64,000 nucleotides of DNA from Candidatus Thermosaccharophagus tengchongensis. GTDB lineage: Bacteria > Armatimonadota > Fervidibacteria > Fervidibacterales > Thermosaccharophagaceae. The translations under genes and the position numbers were made by a program. The stretch lies in assembly GCA_032161105.1 (NCBI GenBank), contig JAVHTD010000013.1; one strand, 5' to 3'. Each line of letters starts with the position of its first letter. The first letter of the stretch is position 1. Under the pieces are notes generated by a model, which saw only the letters and a program-made list of their open reading frames with translations, ran no database searches and had not been told where the DNA came from. Of the stretch, positions 1-10,413 are shown piece by piece.

Positions 1-2
1 TT

Positions 3-179
3 GCGAGGGCATATCAAACACCCGAGTGGCAACTCTCCGACCCGCAAGAGCCAAAGAGCAAGTGGTGGCTCACGGACGCGCCATTCGTCGGATTTAGAGT
101 GGCTTGTGATGACGAACACGAGAGGGTAAACACTATGGTGAAACGGCACCTCATCCTCGCCAAAGTGGGCGGCAATTAA
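3..179 (+). CDS. C-terminal end (5'-truncated by window) of a formylglycine-generating enzyme (SUMF1/FGE-sulfatase) family protein
   Basis: Hand translation of frame 3: ...WQLSDPQEPKSKWWLTDAPFVGFRVAC...; the GFRV ending is typical of FGE-sulfatase domains; stop TAA at 177-179. Confidence 0.7.
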   Translation, partial: ARAYQTPEWQLSDPQEPKSKWWLTDAPFVGFRVACDDEHERVNTMVKRHLILAKVGGN

Positions 180-209
180 TGGCGCATGAAATGCGTTTGG
201 AAAAAGCGC

Positions 210-218
210 TGCTATAAT
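210..218 (+). promoter_or_regulatory. Extended -10 promoter element (TGcTATAAT) upstream of yceD-rpmF
   Basis: Perfect TGnTATAAT about 55 nt upstream of the ATG at 273; no clear -35. Confidence 0.6.
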
Positions 219-272
219 GTTGTGTGTTAGTTAGCGCCGTTCACCGTGCCCCATCAAAGTTGGTGATGGCTC

Positions 273-806
273 ATGAGACTTGACTTGCGAAGGATAATTC
301 GCCACGCGGGAGCATCCGTCACAAGATCATACCGAGAGGTGATTTACCTTGACAGGGAGGAGGTGAATGTGGAGGTTAGCGGCGATGTCACAGCGCGAAA
401 TGATGGGCGATTGGTGATTGTTCATGGGACGGTCAGTGGAAGTGTCATGCTGCGTTGCAGCAGGTGCCTTAAGCCGACCGAGTGCCATGTGCAAGCCGAA
501 TTTGAAGCTGAGTGTGAGGTCAAAAACTTCTTCGCGATGGCGGAGGGAAACTACGAAGGGCTTGATGAGGAAGTCACATCAATCTTTGATGAGTCAACTG
601 CTGATGTGACAGAACTTGCAAGGCAAGCTTTAATTCTCGCCTTGCCAATGCGACCACTTTGCAGGGCTGATTGCAAAGGCATATGCCCGTATTGCGGTGC
701 TGACTTGAACGAAGGACCGTGCAGCTGCAAACCACCAAAAGACCCAAGATGGGCTAAGCTTGAAGAGCTGCTCACCAAGATGAAGGGAAGAGCAAAATCG
801 CCATAA
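273..806 (+). CDS. yceD: DUF177/YceD family metal-binding protein
   Basis: CSRCL and PLCRADCKGICPYCG motifs, DPRW end; conserved position directly before rpmF. Confidence 0.92.
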   Translation: MRLDLRRIIRHAGASVTRSYREVIYLDREEVNVEVSGDVTARNDGRLVIVHGTVSGSVMLRCSRCLKPTECHVQAEFEAECEVKNFFAMAEGNYEGLDEEVTSIFDESTADVTELARQALILALPMRPLCRADCKGICPYCGADLNEGPCSCKPPKDPRWAKLEELLTKMKGRAKSP

Positions 807-917
807 GGGCTTACACAGCTGATAACCTGCAGCAGAATGCACAGCTAATCCATGTTGGGGTAACAAACCGCCCCCGTTCAATCAGTTAACTCTTGTGCAA
901 GTTGGAGGGTGAATGAG

Positions 918-1118
918 ATGGCAGTTCCAAAGCGTAAGGTCTCAAGGACAAGGCGCGATAAGCGCAGGACACATTGGAAACTTAAGCCACCCACCTTCTC
1001 CCTATGCCCGCAGTGTCGTAAGCCAGTCCTACCACATCGCGCATGCACATTCTGCGGTTATTACAAGGGCGTGATTGTCCTGCCGAGGGAGAAAAAGGGC
1101 ATGGGCGAGGAGGCATAA
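918..1118 (+). CDS. rpmF: 50S ribosomal protein L32 (Zn-binding form)
   Basis: MAVPKRKVSRTRRDKRR, CPQC...PHRACTFCGYY; start placed at ATG 918 after GGAGG. Confidence 0.97.
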   Translation: MAVPKRKVSRTRRDKRRTHWKLKPPTFSLCPQCRKPVLPHRACTFCGYYKGVIVLPREKKGMGEEA

Positions 1119-1310
1119 GCATCGTGTGAGGCCGGCTTTCCAACCGCTCTCCATACCTGCAACATGCCACAATGAGCTGCACTAATGCAAGTCTAACTTT
1201 TGCCTCCTCAGGGTTGCGTGTGTGCGGTTGCACAAGCCATATTCGTTATTAGCGCCGGTGTTGATTGTCATTTGCTGTGTGCAGATCCTGAACGGCATGA
1301 GGTGAAGCTA

Positions 1311-3737
1311 ATGGGTGCACAGAAGTTGAGTGCGAGTGAAGTGAGAGCCACATGCGACCCAAGTGAACTTGACTTTGAGACAACGGCAGAGCTGCCACCG
1401 CTCAATGAAATCATCGGGCAACCGAGGGCAACTGAAGCGCTGCGCTTTGGCGTTGACATTGACAGCTTCGGTTACAACATCTTCGCGCTCGGACCACCGG
1501 GGACGGGCAAGATGAGCTTCGTCAAGAGTGTGCTTGATGAGGTGGCAAAGAGTAAGCCTGTCCCGGACGACTGGTGCTATGTCTACAACTTCTCAGAGCC
1601 ACATCGCCCAAGGGCACTGAGGTTGCCTGCAGGTATGGGGAATGAGTTCAAGCGCGACATGGAAAAGCTGATTGAGCACTTAAAGCGCGAGATTGGCAGG
1701 GTGTTTGAGAGCGAGGATTATCAACGCCAGCGCCAAGAGGTGATAAATGCCCTTCAAAGGGAACGGGATAAAGTCCTGGCAGAGCTTGAGCGCCGTGCGA
1801 ACGAAATGGGCTTTGCAATAATTGGCACGCCTGCCGGTCCAATGCCTGCACCGCTTTTGGGCAACGCCATAATGACGCCAGAACAGTTCATGCAACTTCC
1901 AGAGCCAATTAAGGAGCGGATTGAGGAAAACAGGCGAGAGCTGCTCAACGAAATACAGACAGTGATGCGCGACTTGGGGAAGCGCGAGCGTGAGGCACGC
2001 CAGCAGCTTGAAGAGTTGGACAGGAAAGTGGCAGTGCTTGCCGTCGGACATGTCATAAGCGACCTGATGGAAAAGTATGCCGCCCATGAACAAGTTGTTG
2101 ATTACCTTCGCCAAGTGCAAGAGGATGTCGTTAACAATGTCAATGCGTTCCGCACCGCAGCTCAACAGGAAACAACACAGACACATCCACTTGCCGCCGC
2201 AATATTTGACCGCTACAAAGTGAATGTGCTCGTTGACAACAGTAGCCTTCAAGGCGCCCCCGTCGTCGTTGAGACGAACCCAACATATTACAACTTGGTT
2301 GGGCGAATTGAATACAGGCTTGAGATGGGCGCATTCATTGCGCACTTCACGATGATAAAGCCGGGCGCATTGCACAGGGCTAATGGCGGTTACCTCATCC
2401 TTGATGCGAAGGCGCTGTTATCAAATCCATTCTCGTGGGATGCGCTCAAGCGGGCGCTCAATGACCGCCAAATACGAATTGAGGAGCCGGGAGAGGCATT
2501 CAGACTGATAAGCATTGCCAGTTTGAGCCCCGAACCAATACCGCTCAATGTCAAAGTTGTGCTTGTTGGCAGCCCTTGGCTTTATTACCTGCTGCAAGCC
2601 TTTGATGAGGACTTCCGAGGATTGTTTAAAGTCAAAGCGGACTTTGATGTCGTCATGGACAAGACGGATGAGAATGTGCGCAAGTATGCCATGTTCATTG
2701 CCTCAAGGTGCGCCGAAGAAAACTTGAAGCCGTTTGATAAGACGGCGGTTGCGAAGGTGATTGAATACAGCTGTCGGCTCGTTTCCGACCAAAGGAAACT
2801 GTCAACGCACTTTGCGAGCATATGTGACATTCTCCGTGAGGCAAACTATTGGGCATCGCGCAACGGACGAGAATTCGTCACCGCAGAGGATGTCAGGATG
2901 GCGATTGAAAGGAGAGTCTATAGGGTCAACCTGATTGAGGAGCGCCTGCTTGAGATGTTCAGGGACGGCACACTGCTCGTTGATGTTGATGGCGAGCGTG
3001 TTGGCACGGTAAACGGGCTTGCCATCGTGGACCTTGGAGACCACATCTTCGGCAAGCCAACACGAATAACGGCGCGCACATTCCTTGGGCGCGGGAGTGT
3101 AATCAACATTGAGCGTGAGGTGGCTATGAGCGGCAGGATACATTCAAAGGCTGTGATGATACTCTCAGGCTACCTTAGGGGCAAGTATGCGCAGGACAAG
3201 CCGCTGGGCATAGGAGCGCAGCTAACATTTGAGCAGTTGTATGACGAGGTTGAGGGTGACAGCGCAAGCGCGGCTGAACTGTATGCGCTTCTGTCAAGCA
3301 TTTCGGGCGTGCCAGTGAAACAGGGCATCGCAGTGACTGGCTCAGTCAACCAGTATGGCGAAATACAGCCAGTTGGCGGCGTCACTTACAAGGTTGAGGG
3401 ATTTTTTGATGTGTGCCGAGTAAAGGGATTGAATGGGCAACAGGGCGTCATCATACCGAAACAAAATGTGCATAACTTGATGCTGCGCGAGGATGTCGTT
3501 GAGGCAATTGAGAAGGGGCTATTTCACATCTGGGCAATAGGCAACATTGATGATGGTGTGAAAGTGCTCATGGGCATTGAAGCTGGCGAGCGACAACCCG
3601 ATGGAACTTATCCAGAGGGCACTTTGCATGCGCTCGTTGAAAAGCGGCTTTCGGAGATGGCAGAGCTAATGCGCAAGTTGCAACAGCCAAGTGATGAAAA
3701 GGATAGAGGTGACAACGACCGTAAAGGCAACCCTTAG
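1311..3737 (+). CDS. Lon-like protease of LonC type (AAA-like module, coiled coil, Lon_C domain)
   Basis: GPPGTGK Walker A, IKPGALHRANGGYLILDA, catalytic EGDSAS and GGVTYKVEGF; start ATG 1311 after GAGGTG. Confidence 0.9.
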   Translation: MGAQKLSASEVRATCDPSELDFETTAELPPLNEIIGQPRATEALRFGVDIDSFGYNIFALGPPGTGKMSFVKSVLDEVAKSKPVPDDWCYVYNFSEPHRPRALRLPAGMGNEFKRDMEKLIEHLKREIGRVFESEDYQRQRQEVINALQRERDKVLAELERRANEMGFAIIGTPAGPMPAPLLGNAIMTPEQFMQLPEPIKERIEENRRELLNEIQTVMRDLGKREREARQQLEELDRKVAVLAVGHVISDLMEKYAAHEQVVDYLRQVQEDVVNNVNAFRTAAQQETTQTHPLAAAIFDRYKVNVLVDNSSLQGAPVVVETNPTYYNLVGRIEYRLEMGAFIAHFTMIKPGALHRANGGYLILDAKALLSNPFSWDALKRALNDRQIRIEEPGEAFRLISIASLSPEPIPLNVKVVLVGSPWLYYLLQAFDEDFRGLFKVKADFDVVMDKTDENVRKYAMFIASRCAEENLKPFDKTAVAKVIEYSCRLVSDQRKLSTHFASICDILREANYWASRNGREFVTAEDVRMAIERRVYRVNLIEERLLEMFRDGTLLVDVDGERVGTVNGLAIVDLGDHIFGKPTRITARTFLGRGSVINIEREVAMSGRIHSKAVMILSGYLRGKYAQDKPLGIGAQLTFEQLYDEVEGDSASAAELYALLSSISGVPVKQGIAVTGSVNQYGEIQPVGGVTYKVEGFFDVCRVKGLNGQQGVIIPKQNVHNLMLREDVVEAIEKGLFHIWAIGNIDDGVKVLMGIEAGERQPDGTYPEGTLHALVEKRLSEMAELMRKLQQPSDEKDRGDNDRKGNP

Positions 3738-3887
3738 GGGGCGGTTATCGGGCTGCACGCAATCCCTGCGGATTGGCATAACCCTTTGCGTATATCTTGC
3801 GAGTGAGCTATCGCCTGCCCTCGTGTAACCTTTTGTAAAAACCCTTCATTCGGGTGCGGCATACTTAAGCGATTGGGGTGACTGGTG

Positions 3888-4835
3888 ATGTGGAGGGCAG
3901 TCGTGGTCTGTGCCGTGGTTGGCATAATGGTTTTAACGCTGCACGCCAATTCAGCCGCTTGCAACCGGAGTGATTACCACATCGTTCAAAATGGGGACAC
4001 CCTTTGGAAGATTGCGAGGGCGCACAATACCACCGTGCAAAGCCTGTGCAAAGCTAATGGGTTGAGCGAACAAAGCATCATTCATCCGGGCGATAAGTTA
4101 ATCATCCCACAAAAATCGCCGAGCGCAACAACTGGGCTGGCGCCAAACCTGCGACCCGGAATGAAGATGCTTGTGCGGGCAACCAATGTCAATGTCCGAT
4201 GTGGACCATCAACATCGTCAAAGCGCATCGGGATGGTTGACAGGGGCGATGTTGGGACGGTGGTTAAAACTTGCGGGCAATGGGTTAAAGCCTCATTTCG
4301 CACAAAGGGGATTACTGGGTGGGTGAAGACGGATTTCATTGAAGCGTGCAAAACAGTTTGTAGTAAGGCACGGAGCGCAGCGGAGTGCCGTCAAAAACAC
4401 CACTCCGCTATCGCAGATCATGCCTCAAGTAAGATGGCAAGCCATGTATCCCATTCCAACATGGGTGAGTTGCTCGCTGCAACAGCCCAACGCTACATCG
4501 GAACACCTTACCGGCGTGCATCAAGCTACCCATCAAGAGGTTTTGACTGTTCTGGCTTCGTCTATTACCTGCTCCTCAGGTTTGGTGTCATAGCCCCTCG
4601 CACTGCGAGCGCAATGTTCGGCATTGGCAAGCCAGTTAAGCGCACGGAGTTGCGCCCCGGGGACTTGGTCTTCTTTAAGACGACATCAAGTGACAGAGTG
4701 ACCCATGTCGGCATATACATCGGCGATGGCAAATTCGTGCATGCATCAAGTGGGGCAGGGAGAGTGACTGTAAGCCCATTAACACACGGCTATTACGCAA
4801 ACCGATATGCAGGCGCAAGGCGAGTCATTGAATGA
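3888..4835 (+). CDS. Secreted LysM + SH3 + NlpC/P60 peptidoglycan endopeptidase
   Basis: Signal peptide; HIVQNGDTLWKIA LysM; NVRCGPS...GWV SH3b; FDCSG, HVGIY, FVHAS catalytic motifs. Confidence 0.92.
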   Translation: MWRAVVVCAVVGIMVLTLHANSAACNRSDYHIVQNGDTLWKIARAHNTTVQSLCKANGLSEQSIIHPGDKLIIPQKSPSATTGLAPNLRPGMKMLVRATNVNVRCGPSTSSKRIGMVDRGDVGTVVKTCGQWVKASFRTKGITGWVKTDFIEACKTVCSKARSAAECRQKHHSAIADHASSKMASHVSHSNMGELLAATAQRYIGTPYRRASSYPSRGFDCSGFVYYLLLRFGVIAPRTASAMFGIGKPVKRTELRPGDLVFFKTTSSDRVTHVGIYIGDGKFVHASSGAGRVTVSPLTHGYYANRYAGARRVIE

Positions 4836-4975
4836 CGATGAAGAGTCACGCCCAAAAGCCCCCTTTGAAAGAGGCATCCACAAAGCGTTACGCCGGCTGC
4901 TTCCTCCACATCCCGGAGAGCTAACCCAAGACGAACATACCCCACAAGCCCCACATTGAATGAGCAAGATGTCGG

Positions 4976-5004
4976 TTTACATTTATGCTCAAGTGCGCTA
5001 TACT
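4976..5004 (+). promoter_or_regulatory. Sigma70-type promoter upstream of the phosphomannomutase gene
   Basis: TTTACA (4976-4981), 17-nt spacer, TATACT (4999-5004). Confidence 0.65.
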
Positions 5005-5125
5005 AAATGACGCCACTGCAAAAATTGACCCCATTCAGCGCTGCTATAAGCACGAGTTGCAGCAACATCTTCGGGTTAGAGTGGTGCTACGCGGTCGTGA
5101 AGGCATTTGAATGGAGGGGTAAGGT

Positions 5126-6508
5126 ATGCGCGTTGCTGTGGCAAAGCATATTTTCCGCCAGTATGACATCCGCGGTGTTTTTGGTGAGGACTTGAGCGAA
5201 GATGTGGCGAACCTGATTGGGAAGGCATATGGCACATTTGTCAGGCGCAACGGCGCAAGTGATATTGTCGTCGGACACGATAACCGTGCCAGTTCACCTG
5301 CCTTGCATTCGGCGATAATTGATGGATTGCTTTCAACCGGCTGCGATGTGATAGACATCGGTGAAACGCTGACACCGATACTTTACTTTGCACGCCATGC
5401 CTATGGCACCAAAGGCGGTGTGATGATAACCGGCAGTCACAATCCGCCGCAGTATAACGGCTTCAAGCTGTGTTGGGGTGCCGGAACGCTATTTGGCGAG
5501 CAAATCCAACACATCCGTGAGGTTATTGAGGCGGGCGACTTTGAGACTGGCTCAGGGAAGCTCACACAAAGGGACGCCATAAGTGACTACTACGACTGGA
5601 TAGCTGACCACATAAAGCTTGGCGATAGGAAGCTAAAAGTCGTCGTGGATGCCGGCAACGGGACTGCAGGTCCGATAGTCCCACCGCTGCTGCGCAGATT
5701 GGGATGTGAGGTGATTGAGCTCTACTGTGAGTCAGACAACACCTTCCCAAATCATCATCCAGACCCAGTCAAGGAGGAAAACCTTCGTGATTTGATCGCC
5801 AAGGTTGTTGAGAGCAACTCTGATGTTGGGCTGGGGTTTGATGGCGATGGAGATAGGCTTGGTGTAGTTGACGATAAAGGCAGCATCATTTGGGGCGACT
5901 ACTTGCTCATCCTGTTTGCGAGGGAGATTCTGCGCTCGCACCCCGGGGCGAAGATAATCGTTGAGGTGAAGTGTTCACAGGCAACGGTTGAGGAGATAAA
6001 GCGAATTGGCGGCATCCCAATACTCTCACGGACTGGACACTCGTTCATAAAGGACATGCTCCACAAGGAAGGTGCATTGCTTGCCGGCGAAATGAGTGGG
6101 CATATGTTCTTCGCCGATGAGTATTTTGGGTTTGATGATGCAGTCTATGCAGCTTGCAGGCTTTTGCGCATCCTATCAAATGCCCATGAACCACTCTCAC
6201 AACTTCTCTCAGATGTGCCGAGGTATTACTACACACCCGAAGTGAGGGTTCCGTGCTCAGATGATTGGAAGTTCAAAGTGGTTGCGCAAGTTGTGGATGA
6301 CTTCAAGCGCAAATACGAAGTGATAGACATTGACGGTGCAAGGGTCTTGTTTGAGGATGGTTGGGGATTGGTTCGTGCGTCAAATACCGAGCCAATGCTC
6401 ATCTTGAGGGCAGAGGGCAAAACGCCCGAAGCGCTTGAGCGGATAAAAGGCATCATCGCAGAGGAACTCTCAAAGCTGCTCCATATCTCAGCATCGGAGC
6501 TCTGGTAA
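5126..6508 (+). CDS. Phosphomannomutase/phosphoglucomutase
   Basis: FRQYDIRG, TGSHNP phosphoserine loop, FDGDGDR metal loop, GEMSGH, RASNTEP. Confidence 0.95.
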   Translation: MRVAVAKHIFRQYDIRGVFGEDLSEDVANLIGKAYGTFVRRNGASDIVVGHDNRASSPALHSAIIDGLLSTGCDVIDIGETLTPILYFARHAYGTKGGVMITGSHNPPQYNGFKLCWGAGTLFGEQIQHIREVIEAGDFETGSGKLTQRDAISDYYDWIADHIKLGDRKLKVVVDAGNGTAGPIVPPLLRRLGCEVIELYCESDNTFPNHHPDPVKEENLRDLIAKVVESNSDVGLGFDGDGDRLGVVDDKGSIIWGDYLLILFAREILRSHPGAKIIVEVKCSQATVEEIKRIGGIPILSRTGHSFIKDMLHKEGALLAGEMSGHMFFADEYFGFDDAVYAACRLLRILSNAHEPLSQLLSDVPRYYYTPEVRVPCSDDWKFKVVAQVVDDFKRKYEVIDIDGARVLFEDGWGLVRASNTEPMLILRAEGKTPEALERIKGIIAEELSKLLHISASELW

Positions 6509-6610
6509 GCCCACACATAAAGCCACTTTTACCGACGGATAAACGATTTAGCGGCATCGTCAGGCGCGAAGTGGCAACCGATGATGCTGTGGTGGCTGGA
6601 GGTGATAGAG

Positions 6611-7666
6611 GTGCAAGCGCTGGTTCTCATTGGGGGTTATGGGACTCGCTTGCGCCCGCTCACCTACACCGTTCCTAAGGCAATGGTGCCAATAGCGAAT
6701 GTGCCATTTATTGAGCACATGATGCGCTACTTGAAGTCAAATGGCGTTGAGCATGTTATCCTGACACTTTGCTACTTGCCAGACCAAATCAAAAGATACC
6801 TTGAGCACAACGATTGCGGGATCGCAGTTGACTTCGTTTTTGAGAGTGAGCCGCTTGGCACAGGTGGGGCTGTGAAAAATGCGGAGCACTTGCTTGAAGA
6901 CGAGTTCCTCGTCTTCAACGGAGACATACTCACGACGATTGACCTGAAGAAGCTCGTGAGCTTTCACAGGGAGCACAATGCTTTCGTAACGATTGCCTTA
7001 ACGCCAGTTGACAACCCTTCACTTTACGGCGTTGTCGTGCTTGACAGCGACGGGCGAGTTCAAAAGTTCATTGAAAAGCCGCCAATTGAGCTCGCACCAT
7101 CAAACCTGATAAACGCTGGAATTTATGTCTACCGAAAGGATGTGTTAAGGCACATACCGCCAAAGGTTGAATACTCGGTTGAAAGGCAACTATACCCAAA
7201 GTTACTTGAGTGCGGCGAAAGGCTATTTGCCGTTGCATTCGCAGATGACTACTGGATTGACATAGGGAGCATTGACAAATACATGAGGGCAAACTTTGAC
7301 ATCCTTGATGGCAAACTGCCGACACAAATTCGCGGCAAAGAGGTTTCGCCAAGGCTGTGGGCAGAGGATGGGGCAGAAATTAGCCAGAATGCGAAGATAA
7401 TACCGCCTGCATTGATAGGCGCCAACTCGGTGATTGAGGCTGGGGCGCAAGTTGGTCCTTATGCCATCTTGGGGCGAAATGCGCTCGTTAAATCGGGTGC
7501 CGTAGTTGAACACGCCATAATTTGGGATGGATGTGAGATCGGAAACAACGCGAGGGTTTGCGAGACCGTCCTCGGCTTTAACTGCAAAGTTGAAGATGGC
7601 GCGATAGCGACAATGCCAGTGTATGCATGCAATACAACCATTTGCGCCCAAGTTGCGATGACTTAA
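6611..7666 (+). CDS. NDP-sugar synthase, mannose-1-phosphate guanylyltransferase-like (NTP transferase + left-handed beta-helix)
   Basis: GGYGTRLRPLT...PKAM, EPLGTGGA, NGD, EKP, WIDIG, C-terminal hexapeptide repeats; GTG start after GGAGGTG. Confidence 0.85.
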   Translation: MQALVLIGGYGTRLRPLTYTVPKAMVPIANVPFIEHMMRYLKSNGVEHVILTLCYLPDQIKRYLEHNDCGIAVDFVFESEPLGTGGAVKNAEHLLEDEFLVFNGDILTTIDLKKLVSFHREHNAFVTIALTPVDNPSLYGVVVLDSDGRVQKFIEKPPIELAPSNLINAGIYVYRKDVLRHIPPKVEYSVERQLYPKLLECGERLFAVAFADDYWIDIGSIDKYMRANFDILDGKLPTQIRGKEVSPRLWAEDGAEISQNAKIIPPALIGANSVIEAGAQVGPYAILGRNALVKSGAVVEHAIIWDGCEIGNNARVCETVLGFNCKVEDGAIATMPVYACNTTICAQVAMT

Positions 7667-7910
7667 ACAAGCTGACACTTTTGTGACAGCTCTGCTTGGC
7701 TGAAGCAAGACGAGGGTAAGTCTGGAGTGTATAGCAACGGCATTGCTGAGTTGAAGGCTTTGTGTCCAGAAGACGCATTATCTGCGCTGGAGGTGAGTGG
7801 TGGCATTGTGATAGCTGTGCGGGCGTGCGGATGTGGTTGCCACCTCCAAGCAACTTTTGGGAAAATTGGATTTTTTGCCAATACTGCAGCTGTGAAGGGA
7901 GGTGGAGACC

Positions 7911-9179
7911 ATGGCTGTTGCGCCCAAGCAGTTTGTTTACAGCGAAGTAGCTCGCAAGTTAAGAACCGCCACTTACCGTGATGGTCTTACGATTGCCTTC
8001 GTTAGCACATACCCACCACAGGAGTGCGGAATAGCCACATACACACAAGACCTCATCCATGCCCTTGAGATGCATGGCTGCATCAAAAGGGCAACAGTTG
8101 TCGCCGTCTCCGATGGTGCGCAAGCTTATGATCACCATGTCAACTTCGTCATCAGGAAGAATAGCCGCAAAGATTACGCATTGGCAGCCGAATTTTTGAA
8201 TGATAGCGATGTTGACATAGTCAACATACAGCACGAATTTGGCATATTCGGCGGTGAAGATGGTGAATTCGTCCTTGAACTTTACAAGGGGCTGAAAAAG
8301 CCGATAGTAACCACCTTGCACACAATCCTATACAATGTGGACAGCTCAAAGCGGCGAATAACGCAGCTCATGGCTCAGCACTCCAAAAAACTCATCGTGA
8401 TGAACAGCATTGCCTTCTGGCTGCTCTCATGGCACTATGGCATTGATGCGGCAAATGTCGCGCTGATCTATCATGGCGCCCCAGACATACCATTTGGGCT
8501 GAAGGAGGAGGCAAAGAGGGAGCTTAATCTTTCGGGAAAAATTGTGCTATCAACATTCGGGTTGATCAACAGGGGCAAGGGAATTGAGTATGCCATCCAA
8601 GCCATGAGCCAAATTGTGAAGCACTATCCGCAGGCAATTTATCTCATCATCGGAAGGACACACCCGAATGTAGTCCGCTACGAGGGAGAATCATATCGCA
8701 TGGAGCTTGAGGAGTTGGTCAGGAAGCTCGGCTTAAGCGAACATGTCAAGTTCGTGAACAAGTATCTGACGAAGGGCGAAATAATACGCTACCTTTGCGC
8801 ATCCGACATATACATTTGCCCATACACTTCGTTGAATCAAATCGTTAGTGGCACACTTGCCTACGCTGTTGCTGCTGGAAAAGCCATAATTTCAACGCCT
8901 TCTCTATATGCCCAAGAAGTGCTGGCTGAAGGCAGAGGATTATTGTGCGAGCCTTGTAATCCAGAGTCAATTAGCGAGAAGGTAATCTACCTTTTGAGCA
9001 ACCCAAGGGAGCTTGAAGCGTTGGAGAGGAGAGCATACCGTTTTGGTCGCCAAATGACATGGCAAGCAGTTGCTTGGGATCACGAGAGGCTTTTCAGAGA
9101 GGTCGTCGCATATTCATACACTCATCAAGCTTATCCATCGCTGAGCGATTCGCTGCACATCAGGGCAGCAAAGTTATGA
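7911..9179 (+). CDS. GT4 glycosyltransferase (mannosyltransferase-like subfamily)
   Basis: STYPPQECGIATY, IQHEFGIFGG, TTLHT, TFGLINRGKGIE, SGTLAYA. Confidence 0.9.
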   Translation: MAVAPKQFVYSEVARKLRTATYRDGLTIAFVSTYPPQECGIATYTQDLIHALEMHGCIKRATVVAVSDGAQAYDHHVNFVIRKNSRKDYALAAEFLNDSDVDIVNIQHEFGIFGGEDGEFVLELYKGLKKPIVTTLHTILYNVDSSKRRITQLMAQHSKKLIVMNSIAFWLLSWHYGIDAANVALIYHGAPDIPFGLKEEAKRELNLSGKIVLSTFGLINRGKGIEYAIQAMSQIVKHYPQAIYLIIGRTHPNVVRYEGESYRMELEELVRKLGLSEHVKFVNKYLTKGEIIRYLCASDIYICPYTSLNQIVSGTLAYAVAAGKAIISTPSLYAQEVLAEGRGLLCEPCNPESISEKVIYLLSNPRELEALERRAYRFGRQMTWQAVAWDHERLFREVVAYSYTHQAYPSLSDSLHIRAAKL

Positions 9180-9293
9180 GGGCGCGCTTTCACGCCACCC
9201 AACGCGCAGAAATTCGCAGCATAACGCCAACGCCCGTTAGCCTACCATCCTCACACCAACCTCGCGAGCCATTGCAAGGTGAGGTGTGAGAGG

Positions 9294-10394
9294 ATGAGTG
9301 AAATGGTCAAGCTAAGCAAAGTGATAAAGTGTCCACGAATTAACATCGCTCACTTGGCATCAATCACCGATGACACAGGTGTGCTTCAGCACACAAAATA
9401 CGGCGTCCCAAATCCAAAGCACGGTTACACCACCGACGATAACGCAAGGGCATTGATCGTTGCGGTAAAGCATCACGAGCTAACGGGTGAGAGTGAATCA
9501 CTGGAGTTAGCGCGCACATACTTGGCATTCCTTCAATGGATGCAGCGTGAGGATGGCTTATTCCACAACGAGGCAAGCTACGATAGACGCATACTTGATG
9601 ATGTCGGTTCACTTGCATGTCAAGGGCGCGCAGTGTGGGCGCTCAGTTGGGTTGCCGTAAGCAAGCTCCCAATTGGGATGCGAATGACCGCCTTTGAAAT
9701 GCTTCAACGAATGCCGCTCAGTTCCATCCCGCTTGATACATCAATCCATGTGCCATCGTTCATCATCTATGGTTTGACTGAGCTGAAGGAGAAGGCTGGT
9801 TCAAACAGCTTGGAAAAGATCGCAATGCAAAGCTCGCATGAGGTGGCGCTTGAAAATGCCATCACAGCGCTCCTTGACCTTTACAGACGAAACTCATCCG
9901 ATGATTGGAAGTGGTTCATTGACGAAATGACTTGGGGCATCGGAGCACCATGTGCTGCGCTATTTAGGGCATACAGGTTGCTTGGCGACGAGCAAATTTT
10001 GCGTGTGGCGATGAGCGCATACGAGTTCATGTGTGGCATTGTCTTTGAGGACGACATCTTTCAGCCCATCGGGTGCAAAGGGTGGTTCAAGAGGGGTGGC
10101 GAGCGAGCTTACTTTGACCAGCAACCAATAGATGCGATGTGGATGTTCCTTTCGGCATACGAGGCATACAGGTGTTTAGAACGCAGGATTGACTTTCACA
10201 GGGCTTCGCTTGCGCTCGGCTGGTTCATTGGATACAATGTTCATGGCATTGAGCTTTACGATGAGCTAACTGGCGCATGCTATGATGGCTTGCACGAATT
10301 TGGCGTCAACATGAATCAAGGCGCTGAGGCGACCATCGCTGCCTTGCTCACATTCATCACTTTCTCCCAGCTCAACATGCGTCAAAATAAATGA
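9294..10394 (+). CDS. Putative (alpha/alpha)-toroid glycosidase-like protein, the domain usually fused C-terminally to this GT4 subfamily
   Basis: HL..TDDTGVLQH, GYTTDDNARAL, FDQQPID, GACYDGL...NMNQGAEAT motifs. Confidence 0.75.
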   Translation: MSEMVKLSKVIKCPRINIAHLASITDDTGVLQHTKYGVPNPKHGYTTDDNARALIVAVKHHELTGESESLELARTYLAFLQWMQREDGLFHNEASYDRRILDDVGSLACQGRAVWALSWVAVSKLPIGMRMTAFEMLQRMPLSSIPLDTSIHVPSFIIYGLTELKEKAGSNSLEKIAMQSSHEVALENAITALLDLYRRNSSDDWKWFIDEMTWGIGAPCAALFRAYRLLGDEQILRVAMSAYEFMCGIVFEDDIFQPIGCKGWFKRGGERAYFDQQPIDAMWMFLSAYEAYRCLERRIDFHRASLALGWFIGYNVHGIELYDELTGACYDGLHEFGVNMNQGAEATIAALLTFITFSQLNMRQNK

Positions 10395-10413
10395 CGGGGC
10401 GTTACAAGGGGCA

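Noticed and set aside
3738..3887. Riboswitch (e.g. c-di-AMP) upstream of the LysM/NlpC gene
   Set aside because: No conserved aptamer motifs or terminator recognised.
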